A stretch of 64,000 nt of DNA, from contig KZ537990.1 of assembly GCA_000934665.2 (NCBI GenBank), forward strand, positions 62,001-126,000, read 5' to 3'. This document shows, in pieces, positions 26,989-40,575 of this stretch (positions are counted from its first letter, which is position 1; each line of letters starts with the position of its first letter). The notes under the pieces are model-generated. The model saw only the letters and a program-made list of their open reading frames with translations. It ran no database searches and had not been told where the DNA came from. This DNA comes from Catajapyx aquilonaris (lineage: Eukaryota). Made by a program: the position numbers and the translations under genes.

Positions 26989-27937
26989 TTACATTGTATA
27001 TTTACGGAGTTGACAAAAGGTGGAGGAAAGAGTATAGAAAGACTGATCATGATTTTGATTTGTACTTTTATATTGTCATACATGAATGGGCTCTAATGTA
27101 CTGGTAAAGTGGTAAACAGCAAGTGAAATAAAATTTTTATCAAACAACCGTCTCTTCTAGTTTTTCGACAGTTACTCATCATGATTCTGCATTGTAAATG
27201 ATGTTGTCTGATGCGAAAATGTATGGGCATTATAATGTTATGTCAGTAATTTTTGTCATCACATTCAGTGTGTAGTAGCTACTGTACCACATTTTGTTTG
27301 ATTGTTGCCATGTTACCTTGGACATCTATTTCAGTTGTTGACACATTATAACTCACATGGTTCCAGACCACAACTGGCACTCACTGTCACACTATTTAGG
27401 AACCAATATAGTGCAGGTATAGTACAGCCTTGCCATTTTCCCATCTTTCAGAAAACATGTGGTCACATTCTAACACGAGAACCTGGTTTGCACTCCGGAA
27501 AGTACTCTGTGTAGGACTTAGGGATTTATTTCCGCCAATTAATTTGCATGTAACAATGAAGGTAAATAATCTATCTGTTGCTACTTATTATCAGCATGTC
27601 GGATAAGTTCATTGCACAACGGAATTAGGGTAAATCCTAATAGTGTCAGCCTTTCTATTGTGGGGACCACGTGTGTGGTTCCGGCATTTATGTGAAAGCA
27701 CAAATTAAGCAAAATTATGATGCGTAAATAATTATGGGAATTTTATTGCATTATAGTACAGAACCTTTGACGGTCACAAAACCGATTAATTACGGCTTGG
27801 AAAAACAAAGTTGATACTTTGTAGCCTACTTCCCTACTGTTCCATTATTATTTAAGAGTAATTTTTTTTTGCAATATTTCATACTTTTTTTTGCATATTC
27901 CATCAGCTGATATAGTTTTGCACACGCCTTCGTCACT

Positions 27938-28723
27938 ATGCAACCTGCTGGACAATACAAAACTTACGGATGCAATCACTACATGAGAAAATGCTATTTA
28001 CTCGTAAGTTGCCTATAGTTTTTTATCCTAAACTCAAAAGTTAATCACAATTTTGTCCCTCTGTGACGCAGCCCACTTGCTGCAAGAGGCACGTATGTCA
28101 CGTGTGTCACAATCAGCGACAGTCGCACTTGATGATCCGCGAGTCTTGTTTGTTAGTGTGTAAGGTATGCCTGACGAAGCAACTGCCTGATAGCAACTGC
28201 CAGAATTGTTTCATCGAGTTCGGACAGGTAAGATCCATGTCCCCCATTTGACATTATCCGTAAATTAAAAGTTTGTGGTCTTTCATCAGTACTCCTGCAA
28301 TACTTGCCTGCTGTACGACGACAGAGAGAGAGGACAGTACCATTGCGACCAGTGCGGGTTCTGTCGCCTCGGAGGTGAAGATAACTTCTTTCACTGTCCA
28401 AAGTGCGACGTCTGTTTGCCCATTGAGATGATGGAGCATCAGGTAATTTCTCAGCTTTTCGCAGATGACAGTGTGACAATTACCTTTTCGTTTATATATA
28501 GTGCGTGGAGAATGCGTCCAAGACAGCGTGTCCATTGTGCTTGGAGGACATGCACATGTCTCGTCTGCAGGTGGCCGTCTTGAAGTGCGGTCATCTGATC
28601 CACCTGACCTGCTGGAATAAGATTAAGAGACGCACACAAGTCGGAAGGCTCGAGTGTCCTATTTGCAGGGAGCAGATCATAGAATCGGAGGAACTTCAAC
28701 TCATTGCAGTCAGCGCGGTCTAG
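27938..28723 (+). CDS. RCHY1: RCHY1/Pirh2-like E3 ligase, copy C; exons 27938-28003, 28072-28227, 28290-28442, 28502-28723
   Basis: YGCNHYMRKC, PTCC, CHVCHN, CLLYDD, YHCDQCGFCRLGG and RING CPLCLEDMH...CGHLIHLTC...CPIC. Confidence 0.9.
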
Positions 28724-28995
28724 AGACTCTTTTTAGGCTTTAACAAAATTTGTCAATTTTTTTTAAAGGTCTAGCTGTTTCAATAAACAAAATCTTTAAC
28801 TCGGGAATTTATTGTGCTGAAAACATATTTTTAGACTAAATCGGGAAAAAGTCTTATAGAGAACAGCTCTGTCCGTCTGTGGATTGTGTGCATTATACTG
28901 CATCCATTTCACCTGCTGCAGCATCCTGCACATTTGTACGTCATAAAAGTAGGGGAGGACTTACCTTTATCACTTGCTTAGCAGTGTCCGGACAG

Positions 28996-29807
28996 ATGAG
29001 TTGTACCAACCAACCTGCAGTACTGGGGAAGCACAGACGATATGGATGTGAACACTACATGAACAAGTGCTATCTGGTTGTAAGTGTTGCCGAGTGTTTG
29101 TACCTTTTTTTACTGGATCCCTGATTTGATGGGTTTAATCCCGACAGGCTGCGTGCTGTAGGAATAAGAAGTTCAAGTGTGTCAGATGTCACGATGAGAA
29201 TACCCCGCACATGTTGGACCATGCCTCTGTGAAGCTGTCGTGCAAGGTATGTCTGCACCGACAAGCACCGGAACAACACTGCCAAAACTGCTCGCTTCAA
29301 TTCGGACGGGTAATGGTCACGCTCAATTTGACAACCCCGCATCGAAATATTAATTGTGTTTCCTAATTATTACTCGCAAGTATGCCTGCAATGTTTGTCT
29401 GCTGTACGACGACGAAGATATGGGACAGTACCATTGCAACAGTTGCGGTTTTTGTCGTCTGGGAGGTGCACACAACTTCTTCCATTGCTTCAAATGCGAC
29501 GTTTGCTTGCCCATTGCGATGATGGAACACAAGGTATTTGTTATGCTAATTGTTGTGCCAGTGAATTTAAAAAATATCTTAATTTCAGTGTGTGGAACAA
29601 GCATCGTGGTCCGAGTGTCCCTTGTGTTTGGAGGACCTGCACACGTCTCGAGATGGGATATATGCATTGTCTTGCGGTCATCTCATACACAGCGATTGTT
29701 TGATCCGACTGGAAGAGAAACCCGATTTGAAGTTGGAGTGTCCTCTTTGCAGGGCACCAATTCAGAGCAAGGATGAGTTACACCTAATTGCTCCAAGTGC
29801 AATCTAA
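28996..29807 (+). CDS. RCHY1: RCHY1/Pirh2-like E3 ligase, copy D; exons 28996-29079, 29148-29309, 29381-29533, 29589-29807
   Basis: YGCEHYMNKC, AACC, CVRCHDE, CLLYDDED and RING CPLCLEDLHTS...CGHLIHSDC...CPLC. Confidence 0.9.
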
Positions 29808-30279
29808 TTTGTCCTGTGTTTTGATTATATTTATATGCTTGTATGCGCTTGTTATGTTGCTTTTAAAGCCTGTGCGATTACTTTACACAAAACGAAAAAA
29901 AAAATTGTTGGAATGAAGAAGTCAGTTTTGATTATTAAGCAGTAAAAGATGTTGCCGTAATATTACTGGATTTTTTTATTTATTCTTGAATATTTTAATT
30001 TGTCAGATTCATGTTAGAAACAACGTTTGAGCGACTCCATTCACATGAATTAAAAAGAAAAAAAAATAGTCTGAAATGAGAATAATAATATAGGCAATCA
30101 AGTTTGTGGAGTCGGACCAAAAAAAAAAAAGGCAGGAGGGAGAGAAAAAAAACTGTTGAGTCTCCTTTTTTTTTCCAAGATGATTTTAGTCTTCCAGTTA
30201 CATGATCTGAAATGTTAAAAAGTGTCAATAAAATCAGAGCGGAAGTCAATTTCATTTTTAATTACTCACCTTTTCCAGA

Positions 30280-30303
30280 TTACTCAGCAGCAACCTCCGC
30301 AAC
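30280..30303 (-). CDS. TnI-1 alternative terminal coding exon (VAEVAAE*), reached from the internal donor at 31834
   Basis: TTTTCAG acceptor, phase 0; GTGAGT donor 10 nt after the stop and a UTR exon from 30206; homologous exons exist in the other two TnI genes. Confidence 0.75.
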   Translation of the reverse strand, partial: VAEVAAE

Positions 30304-31803
30304 CTGAAAAATCATGTCAGATATTAGCAAATATTAAAGTCAATTGAATTCAGTGTTGTTATGACCAATGAGTCGGCTTAGTCTGTACGGTATTCCCCAA
30401 CAAATGGGTAAAATATGTAAAATCAATTCAGTGATATTTTTTTTCATTGTTTGGAAAAGCTGTGTGTTTTTTTAATGCGGGAATGTTTTTGTAATATTGA
30501 TGTTATAGCTCTGCAATTATATTGTCCAAATATTGTTCTGAAGCAAGAAGCTAATGCATGTTACTAAGCCACCATGTCAAGTGCCATTTATCAGAAGCAA
30601 ATATATTTCCAGGTAGGGTCAGTCTGGCGCAACATTTTACAAGTTAGATCAACTCAAAAAATGATTTACATATTTTGTCAATATTTTTTTTCCAAAAATA
30701 GAAAAAAAACATGGTCGCACCTGAAAATATATTTAAACTCAGATAACATTTTGGTTTTTATGCTAATGTGAGTGGTTGTATGCACATAACTGCCATTTTC
30801 TATAGCAAAGCAGCATTTGGAAAATAGCAGCTGAATGTTAAGTTCATTATAGTGTTAGTGTAATACGGCATATTCTATGGAGCAATAGTCGCTCATACTT
30901 TTTTTTGCAGCAACTATAAACGGTGACCTATTGCTACACACAATATGGCGAAAAAAGTATTGGGCTTTTTGCCCAGTTATATGCAACACACTTATTGTGA
31001 GTATTTGTGGAATGGAGGAGTAAATAAAAGTGGACATTTTCTGTACTGTGCTAATGGGCCTCTTAGTGTATAAGTAAAACAACATTTACTGACAATACGG
31101 GAAAAAAAATCGCCAAAAATTTCAGGGGAGGTGTCGGGGTGTGTGGGAATCCAAAATAAAGCATTACTACTGTACCTGAGAGAGACGTAACTAGTCCAAG
31201 TGAGCGATAGAAATAGGGAAGAGGGTGAGCTAAATATCAAATTAAAATAGTATCTACTGGCAGTGAAATAGTTTTTCTCTTTTTTTTGTGTGTCTATACT
31301 GCGACCTTCATTGTTGGCATAGCACAGATTTATTGCACTCCTCTCTGTCAATATACAAGCACATAAAGTGAACCCCACCCTGGCAACAATAAGCAGTTAC
31401 CTTGAACGCTAAACAAGATGTATAGGCCTATCTACCCAGCCTCACCACGTGAAAACAGCCGCACAGCCGCAAGCAAGACCAATCACAGCGAATGTAGCAC
31501 TAATATCTACAGCCAAACTATGTTGCTTAACATAATATATATATTTTTTTTGTAAATGTAACTTTCAAAAAACAGAGAAAAAAAATATGGAAAAAAGTGT
31601 GTCACTTTGTCATTTACACAAAAATAACATGGGGCATTTAAAACACCCGGAAAAGTGACTTGAATAGACAGAATGGATATTATTGGAACCCAAAGTAGAC
31701 ATAGAAGCAAAATAGATAAAAGAAATAAAAAGTGGGCCGATTGTTTGCGTTGTATAAGCATGTATAATGTCGAGAGTGATCAAAAGTTTTATAAAATCAA
31801 GAT

Positions 31804-34800
31804 TTAGGCCTCCTGCGCCTGTTCGGTCTTTACCTTGTCGCCAGGCTTCTTGGACCATTCGGGTTTCTCCGCCTTTTTCTGAAATTGCAAGCAAAATTGT
31901 TGCATAACTTCGCAGTTAGGGCTTACTCCGCAATGTGAAAACAAACTTCGACGCCATTTTGATATCGTGATCACAAAATGGCGCCATTCTAGGCTTAAGA
32001 CTGATTAATCATGACAAGTGAGGCAAATCACAAAATAGTAATTTTTCAATTGACATAAATTATCATAGAATACATTTGGCAGCCATTTTGAAGTCATGAT
32101 CATGAAATGGCGCTAGGCCTAGGCCTTTTCTCGATGATGAGATAAACATGTCGAAAACTTTACCCCCTTGTCATCGTCGTCCATGGTGAACTCCTTCTTC
32201 GCAACCTGCTTCAGCTGGTTGCTGAACTTGAACTCAGTGGCCTTCTTCTGCAGTTTGGCGAAAGTCTGCTCGTACTTGGACACCTTCTTCAGTGTTGGCT
32301 TCATGCTGGAGGAAGTAACAGCAGTAATAATTGTAAGGTGAGGCAGCATACACAAGAGAAACTGTCTTATTTGGAAGTGTACTTACAACTTTCCGCGTCG
32401 ACTGTTCACGGCGTCATACAGTTCGCTGATCTATATGTGAACAGTGATGAAAATATGTATTAAAATTCCATGCAGTTGTGATATCAGCTGGATATTATTT
32501 GTCAGTCAAATTGGTGAAAACTACTTTCAAAATGGTGTATTTAGAAAAAAAAATGTACTTTACTTGAAAAGTGTCAGAAATTAAAACTTGCGCCTCGGGA
32601 ATAAGAGCAATATAAATGATGCAAATATATTGGGTGAATAACATAAGGTACAAAAACACAAAGCTATCGCATGCATCATAGCAACATTGACTGCAAACCA
32701 AGGAAGATTGGGAATTATCAAGTGTATGTGGCATGGTAATAGCATAATTATGTAGTGGACTAAAAATGCATGTTGCACTATTGTGTTAACCGTGTTTCAT
32801 TAGATAATAATCCAAAGTAGAGCATCGTATGCAATGTCAAAATATTATGCAGTTTTACCATTAATCAATAATTCATCATTGCTTGTGTTTTAATATTAGT
32901 TTCATGTCTCAAGTGCATGTGTTACAAAATACTACGAACGTGTACGTGACGCTATCCGCCACTTTTGTTGTCTGTGGAAGATTATTATGGGAGGAGAAAT
33001 ATTTTTCTTATAAACGGGCAATCTACAAGCCAGCTCGCAATATAAAAACTGCTGTCGTTTTATCCTCGGCTACTGTTGACAAACAGCAAAAAAGTGATAA
33101 ACAGTGTATTATGCTCTACTAAAAAAAAAACTGTGCGTGTGTCCTAATAGTGTCGAATAGGGGGCAGAGTAAGGATACGAGGAGTATAGTACAGTATACT
33201 ACTCCTCGAAAAAAAACCATGTCGAGTGACAACCAACATGGCGCACAACATATAATACAAAAACTGCTGTTCTACTAATATACAAAACAAAAATAAAGTA
33301 ACAGCCAGGAAGCTACAACAAAGAGTGGTCAGCTTTCATGGAGGGGGATTGCCCACAATGAGAGGCAAATATATCTTTTAAAAATGACTGTGTTATTTTA
33401 TTATAATTTGGTGGCTGGATGGCAAAAGCTTATATGCACAGAAACTCAAATTGCACAAAGAGAAGCGTTTTAAAAAAAGGAATGAACATGACATGCCACA
33501 ACCATATCAGTTTCTGACATATAGCCACCTAATTAATTATTATGTATTAGAATGGAATTATCGATTCACATGGATTTGGAATACAAAGTCGAAGTTTGAC
33601 ATTTTAGCTCTTGCCAAAAAATAAAGGATTATGCAACTGCCTTAGGAAAATGTGGTTACAAAAATAAAATCCAACATTTTATTTTCATTTCGGCCATGCA
33701 AAAAAAGTGCCATACTATATCGACACTACTATTTTGAGAAATAAATAAATAAATGCACGCCTGGTGATGGGAGGTAAGAATACAGTAATACCAATTATTA
33801 CAAAACCCAATTAGTACCGATTAGGGACATAGTGAAATAGTGCTATACGGTATGTACAGTCCCTTAAGTAGTTTTAGTACACTATGATCAACAAAGGGCC
33901 GACAACTTAATTACTTCAATTGTAACAAAGTTGTAAAATTAAATTCAGATTATTTCTACTGATTCTCGGATCTTCCAGTTTGTTTTCAATAATAATATTA
34001 ATAATAAATTTAGATAGACAGCTACACAAGAGCTGGTTGGAATTCAATTGCATACTTCAAATAAAAGTGCAGAAGTTCTGTCAAGTTGTAAATTTGACAG
34101 TAAGCTATTATTTTGACTACCCCAGAATCTTTGTTTGCTACATTTTCTTAACTGGTATCATACACTACAGAAGGTAGAATTAAATTTTTGAACAATACCT
34201 TACCATGAACCTTTCAGATAAATCAGAAATTTACATCACTGTCCTCTACTAATAAATTATGATCGTAAAATTTCTCACAATTTTAGGTGGTTCTCTTCCG
34301 GAACAATATCTATAAGTTTCGCATCCTATCCAATGAAATAACTAGCAACATTATTACGCCACATATAATAATAATTTTTTAGCTCGAATCGGATAATTAT
34401 TCTGGGCTAGTCAAAGCAGATCCGGACAAAAATCTGGCTTGTAAGCTTGGATCAAAACTTACCTCCTTCTTTTTCATCACGAAAAGAGACTGTACTTCTT
34501 AATCTCACTTTCTCACTTCATATTCCAAATCCCATATATCTGATTCTCATATTTGCGCGCTAAATACTCCTCGCGGATATGCTCGAGCTCCTCTACAATG
34601 AAACGAATAGAGTAGTCAACAAACACAAGTTACATTGTTTTGGTACTTTTTTAAAAAATTATTTGACTTTTCTAGTATTATTTTAAAATCCATCTTCCCT
34701 CCAGAAAGCATCTCTATGAAACAGTGTCCACTGAAACGCAAAATAAATGATTCCATTCTGGCCACAAATTCTTCCAAACTCCAATAAATATCGCATGCAT

Positions 34801-37222
34801 CTCAAATAATTGGCGCAAAATAAAAATAAACAACAAGAGAAGAGAGAGAGATAGAAAAAAAATCAAAGTGCTCGATTTTTTTTGTTGGATTACCTCAAGC
34901 TCCTTGACTATACACTGCCTCTCAAGATCATATTTGTCTTCCTCAATTTTGCACATTTTTGCATAGTATTCTTTGATAACCGATTGAAGTTCACCTATGC
35001 GAAGAAATAACAGACATTTAGGTTACTATTCTAAACCACGTGTTTACTATTTTACTATTTTGGCTCCGTCAGAGTCTTCATTGTGCAGAGGTAGACAAAA
35101 TAACCCACCATTAAATTATACGACGCGACTAAAGTTGATACACCAAAAATTGTGGTAATCCAAAAGACAACAAAAGTGAAAAATATAGCATAAAAAACTA
35201 ACAAAGCAAGACGACAAAAAACACAACTACCTCCAGCATCACTAACAATACCAGTGCTGTAAAAAAAAGTAGACAAGACACATTGTGTTGTTACCGTTGT
35301 CAGAGACGAGACCATCCTTCACGTGTAGTAGAAAAAGAGGGCAAAGTTTAAAATGTCAGAGAAGAGCAGTGGGGGGAAAAATATTATGAAGAGTATGAAA
35401 AAAAGCAGTTCCAATTTTTAGTGCATCGAATTTTGTTTAGCATCCGCCTTACAAACCTCGTGTTCCTTCTTTTCCACAATAACCTCAATATCATATTTGG
35501 TCGTCTCAACAGCTGCAATTCTATCATGAAATTCCTTACAGAACTGACGCAGCTCATCTGGTAAAAATGGTTACAAGAGTCATGACTTGTTTTACAAGTA
35601 GTGCCACGAGCATTTTCAAAAAAAAAGCATACAAAGGTATAGCATTTTTCACATTGCAGAAGAGAAATATGCAGAAAAATGAAATAAAGTCATAATGTGC
35701 AATATATTTGTCTCAGAATGAAACACGAATTAAGGGACCATATTTTTCCATTAAATGTAGTGACATTGTGAGACGAACATGTCCACCGTGTATTATGTAC
35801 ATTACTCTCTAAATTATTTCTGAGCTATTTTTAAAAACTTATTCCCCCATTTGACTCATGCTTACATTTAAAAAATGAACTCAAAAAGATACTAAAAATT
35901 GTTATTTATTAAGATGATTTGGAAGACCTGAAACGCTTACAAAATAATTTAGAGAGTAGAGTGTGCTGTGTTTTTATCCTGTTGCATCACCAAGTGTCCT
36001 GTCATGAACATACCACAAATTTCCAAAATATGAAAATTTATGCTAAACTTTAAAAGCAAATGCAGGTGTACCTTCACTGGCGCCGTCAACATCCTTTGCC
36101 TTTCCGCATCTCTGCTCAATGCATTTCCTCCTTTCGGCGGACTTGCGCTCCTGTTCCTTCTTCAATTCCTCTGCGGCCTTCTTTCTCAACAAAACCTGCA
36201 ATGGACACCAAAGTAAAAACACTGCCCTTACTCTTGTCCAAAATATTGCAGATTGAACACTCACCCTGAGCTTCTTCTTCCTGTCAGGGGTCATGAAACC
36301 CTTCTTTCCTTTCTGGGCCGCTGCAGCCTCCTCCAACCTTTTCCTGACCTCCGCCTTCTTCCTATCGATGTCAGCCTGCTTCTTCTTCAGCTTTTGGTGA
36401 AAAGTACAAGTCAGTCATCACGTCCACAATAGTCAAATCTACAGGTCACATGGGGACTACATGCATTTTAAAAGTGTTACCAGAATGCAATGAGTACACC
36501 CAATCTGCCTTCTTTCTCTGCAAAAATCATTTACAATAATTTATTGCAATGATGTAAGCAATTATATAAGTAGAGTATTTGCAAGTATGCATAAATTATT
36601 CATAGCAATGTTCCAAGTGCCCCAAGGACCACAGTTCAGACAACCGTGTAAAAGTATGATGATAAACAAGTACTTCAACTGTCCAAAACAAAAGATAAAG
36701 GCGGTGAAAAAGTTTTTGACTGCCTGTCATTGGAAGCGATTGCCAACGTTACTTGTCCATTAGACTCAAGGGCTTTTTCTCCGCGCCAACTTTAGAACAC
36801 GAATATTGCATAAGTTCTCACTCCATCGACGAGCCAAAACTCAAAACAATTTGGTGCATTACTTAAAGCTCAAAATGTTTACATAGCTCTAATCTCAAGT
36901 ACACATAGGTCTACTACATTTTATCAAGTGTTCGAGCGTGTAATTTTTTTGTAAGAGTTCGGAATTTTTTTGCGAGAGTTTTTGCAGCGCGGTTGTATTT
37001 TTGAATCCGCAGTGTTGAGAAAATAAGGCAGATGAAACCGGATGTGGGGGAAGAGAAATATGTGAAGACGTTTCCAAGTCAAGTCTTGCCATCATGCAGA
37101 AAATATCTTCAAGCCACTCAGATACTGAAAAAAGCAGAGGAAGAAATTAATTCAGATTTTATCTGGAATAAACACATTTTAAAGCCATTTTATTGAACTT
37201 ACCTCACAGCTTCGTCCGCCAT
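31804..37222 (-). CDS. wupA: Troponin I paralog 1 (divergent), ~208 aa; exons 37222-37208, [microexon 36517-36500], 36390-36265, 36195-36072, MXE a 35557-35457 or b 34994-34894, 32430-32387, 32305-32164, 31878-31804
   Basis: [52 protein letters not shown] and KPEWSKK; the frame closes with either 101-nt MXE. Confidence 0.92.
34496..34592 (-). pseudogene. Decayed third mutually exclusive exon (MXE c) of TnI-1
   Basis: 97 nt instead of 101; EELEHIREEYLARK, then frameshifted ESDIWDLEYEVRK*D*E; homologous to 44808-44708 and 57707-57607. Confidence 0.85.
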
Positions 37223-38009
37223 GGTTGCGCCTTACTTCCGGTCAAAAAAATCTGTAACAATATGAGAACAATAAAACTTGACACCAATCTTATCAAAAGA
37301 GTGTTGACCCGAAATCAAAGCCTTCAAACCGTGCAATATTAGCAAGGAACCGCCTGCTGTGCAAAGCCAAAGATTACTATGAGCCAGACCGCAAAGAAAA
37401 CAATCCTCTACCCCACCCATCCCAGGGGGCCTATATACCTGACACCAAAAAGCTTCTTCAACAAAACAATTTACAAAAAGCACAATCGAACGCATCGCTT
37501 CCTGGAAAGGAACCAGAAGTCTAGCCCAGAAATATAAACAGAAAGGATGAGGGCGGGTGAAACGCCAAGGAGTCAAATAAGATAGGACGAAGAGAGGTAG
37601 AAGTAATGCCCAAAATCTAGTTGGAGGGAAAGGATAATAGAAGAGTTTAAGGTGGGTGTGTTTTCCAAAGAGGAATTTGGCGAGAACGACCCTCAAATGC
37701 CCCACCTTTCTTTCTTTGAAAGGGGGACTGTCCTCAACTTACCCCCCGAACGCGACACAGCAATTCTCCTTTAGATGTCACCGTGTGGGGGTCAGGGGAA
37801 AAATAGCTGCAATCCAGAGTTTAACAGACTGGTAAAACTCGTCGCATTTCAACACACAGCTGCCAACAATGCAGCCGAAATATTCACCCCCCGTAAAATG
37901 TGATTAAAATATTCATACATTTGGATGAACTGTGCGCCCAGTTTCAGAAGGTCGACAATGTCTCAATGTCTCTTATGACACTTCGCCGCTGCCATTTGTG
38001 AAGAAGAGT

Positions 38010-38140
38010 ACATGTATCCCCGAGGACTCCCGAAATAGACGGGCGGTCCTCCGACGCTCAGATCCATTTTTGGAGCGAAGGGAAATGGCGCTTTTGGGAA
38101 ACAGCCAAACTATCGTCTTACTTTTCCCGAATATCGGATT
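38010..38140. promoter_or_regulatory. Conserved intron-1 muscle enhancer of TnI-1 with CArG box (38064-38073)
   Basis: Aligns with 50780-50910 and 61760-61870; CCATTTTTGG is a perfect CC(A/T)6GG. Confidence 0.65.
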
Positions 38141-38775
38141 TGATCTTTATCCCTCATCTAGTCATTATCACATCCTGTTGATAAGGATCAAAACCCCCCT
38201 ACTTGCACTTAGGTTCCTTCCAAGAGGGGAATGTACTCAATGGAATGTGGCAAAGAACTGGCTTGAATCTATTCAACGCAAATAGATCAGAAAAAAAGAA
38301 GGACGCGAAACATCTTCTGAAATCCACACTACAAAATATTTTTCAAATGTAGTCATCATGTAGTTATCTAATAATATCTGAAATATGTGTGACTTAGATA
38401 TCGGCAGGTTATTATCTGAACATTTAATGAGAAAAAGAGTTAGTCGCAATAATTTTTTGACTAATTGTGATCTTGCAGATTTCGAGATATATATCTGTGG
38501 TCGCTGCCCCCTAAAATTGGCCCAGGTGGAAGGCAGGAGGGTGGATGGACGGCTCGGGCAAGTGTCCTGGGCACGAGCACTCTAACATTCCTGGACAACC
38601 CACAAAATATATGCCTACATCATTCAACCCTAACAACTGCTCTAACACATGCAAGCAACTCAACACCAATAAGGTCAAACTTCCTCCAGAGCAAAAAAAA
38701 AAAGAAATAATTTTTTTGACACATTTCACATATGTTGCAACCAATTAACGACATACACGTGCACAGAAATCTTAC

Positions 38776-38950
38776 CTAGGTTTGTTTAAAAAAAATTCGT
38801 GGAGATGTCTCCGGGTATGTCCCAGCCGGTAACCCAGTCAAGTTCAGACTGGCAAAACCCGGACGATCGGGTCACGCATCCCAATTCCCTGCCGTTTCCT
38901 CATGCCATTGGCTCCAGTCCAACCCCTCGTGACCCCCTTCCAGCCAATCA
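38776..38950 (-). promoter_or_regulatory. TnI-1 non-coding first exon (~38850-38776) and core promoter
   Basis: CTAG|GTAAG donor, Inr-like CCAGTC, GGGTCAC and ATTGG-N14-CTCGTGA-N11-CCAAT, conserved in all three TnI genes. Confidence 0.7.
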
Positions 38951-40575
38951 CGACTCACAGTCTGAACTCACAAAGACTGGTTGACACCGTGACGATTGCA
39001 ATGTCGTCAGACACTGCTAAAAAGACATGTCTTTTTACACCCAAATTTTTGTACGGTGCATAAGTCCACGTGTGTGTTTTTTAAAAAAAAGTGTTTTGAA
39101 AAATTTGCGATTTCGACTAATGACGTTATTTCACGGGTTGTTTATCTCCAGGGTTAATTGCTTCACATAGGGACAGGATCTGTTCGGAGGTTTCTTAAGA
39201 GAGTTCTATGATCGAAACAGCTGCTGTGAAGCGCAGCTATGTTATTCACACAGACAGACAGGTTAAAAGTGTCGTTTGGCTCTGAGCCGATTCCTCCGTC
39301 TATATGAAGCTCGAGGGAAATATAGTAATTTTGACCTCTTCACGTTTTTTCCACAAAGAAATATATTGAGTTTAAAAAAACATTCTGAACATTTATAAAT
39401 CAGATTTTTCAGGTAAGTACGTGATGATAAGACTAGTGCGAGTGGGATTGCAATAGTTGTAATGAATTTGTAATAAATCAGTCACTATTACAGCACCAAT
39501 ATGCTTGCAAAATATTGCATTGTTGATGATGCAAAATTTTCTGATTCGTTCAGAAATGAACAAACTTCACGTACGGCTCTACTTTTGATATAAAGTGTAC
39601 TTTAGGAAGGTCCTGAAAAAAATTCCTGTTGTCTGAATGAATGGAAGTCCCATTCACTGAAGCGGCGGCAGACTGGATCTTTCTGGCAAGGGCTTTAACC
39701 CACACACATGTATCATTCCTGGCACCTTGGAACAATACCTGCCCCTCAGTGGAATAATTAGAAACACTATTTTTTTTTACAGACAACATCTGATTTGGCC
39801 GAAATTTTTGGTGTAAAGTAGATACGAAAGAGGCCAAAATTAATTTTGAATTTAAATGTCATAAGGTGTTAATGATGTCAGGAGTTTCTGTGAGTATCAA
39901 TTAGTGCCACATATTTCCAGTCAAATTTATAATAATGAATAACTCGATTGATGTGGAATTCTCAAGCGAATGGTCACGTAAACCTACAAGTAAATGTAGA
40001 GTAATTTATTTCAAATGAAATTGATTACAGCATTAAATGGTATTACTCATTTAATATGTTTCTGTTTTTTTTTTAAATATTATACCTTTTGGTAGTAGTA
40101 CAAGGCAGATTATATGCTCAACTTTCTTGCCTCTCAGCTAAATTCCAAATTGGACAAAAGTTAAAAACACATCGGAAAGTGACCTTCAGGAATATGTGAC
40201 CTTGCGTTGAGTGCCCCAAAAAATGTCGTTTTGGCTCATTACCATCAACATTTATTCCTGGGATTCGAGTTTCGTAGAGTGTGTTAGGCAAACAGATTGA
40301 ATATAAGAATAGGTTTTTAAAACGTACAAACAATCTAACGTTACGAACTTAATAGATCTTGTAAATTGGTAGCAGAAAAAATATTAACTGACAATAAAAT
40401 GATTATAATAATGTGATAGTTGGAGTTATCATTATTTTGGGCGTTGGCTTCTCAAAGGCGAATTCCGAGTCCTTCAGCTGACGATCTGATTTGGGAATAT
40501 AAGAAAGACTCATTTAAAAGTCATCATTTAAAATATTTTGTCGTATATATACTTTGGACTTTTCCAACTCACCTC

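Noticed and set aside
33178..33208. Hairpin CGAGGAGTA...TACTCCTCG in a TnI-1 intron
   Set aside because: Only a 9-bp stem, and not preserved in the paralogs.
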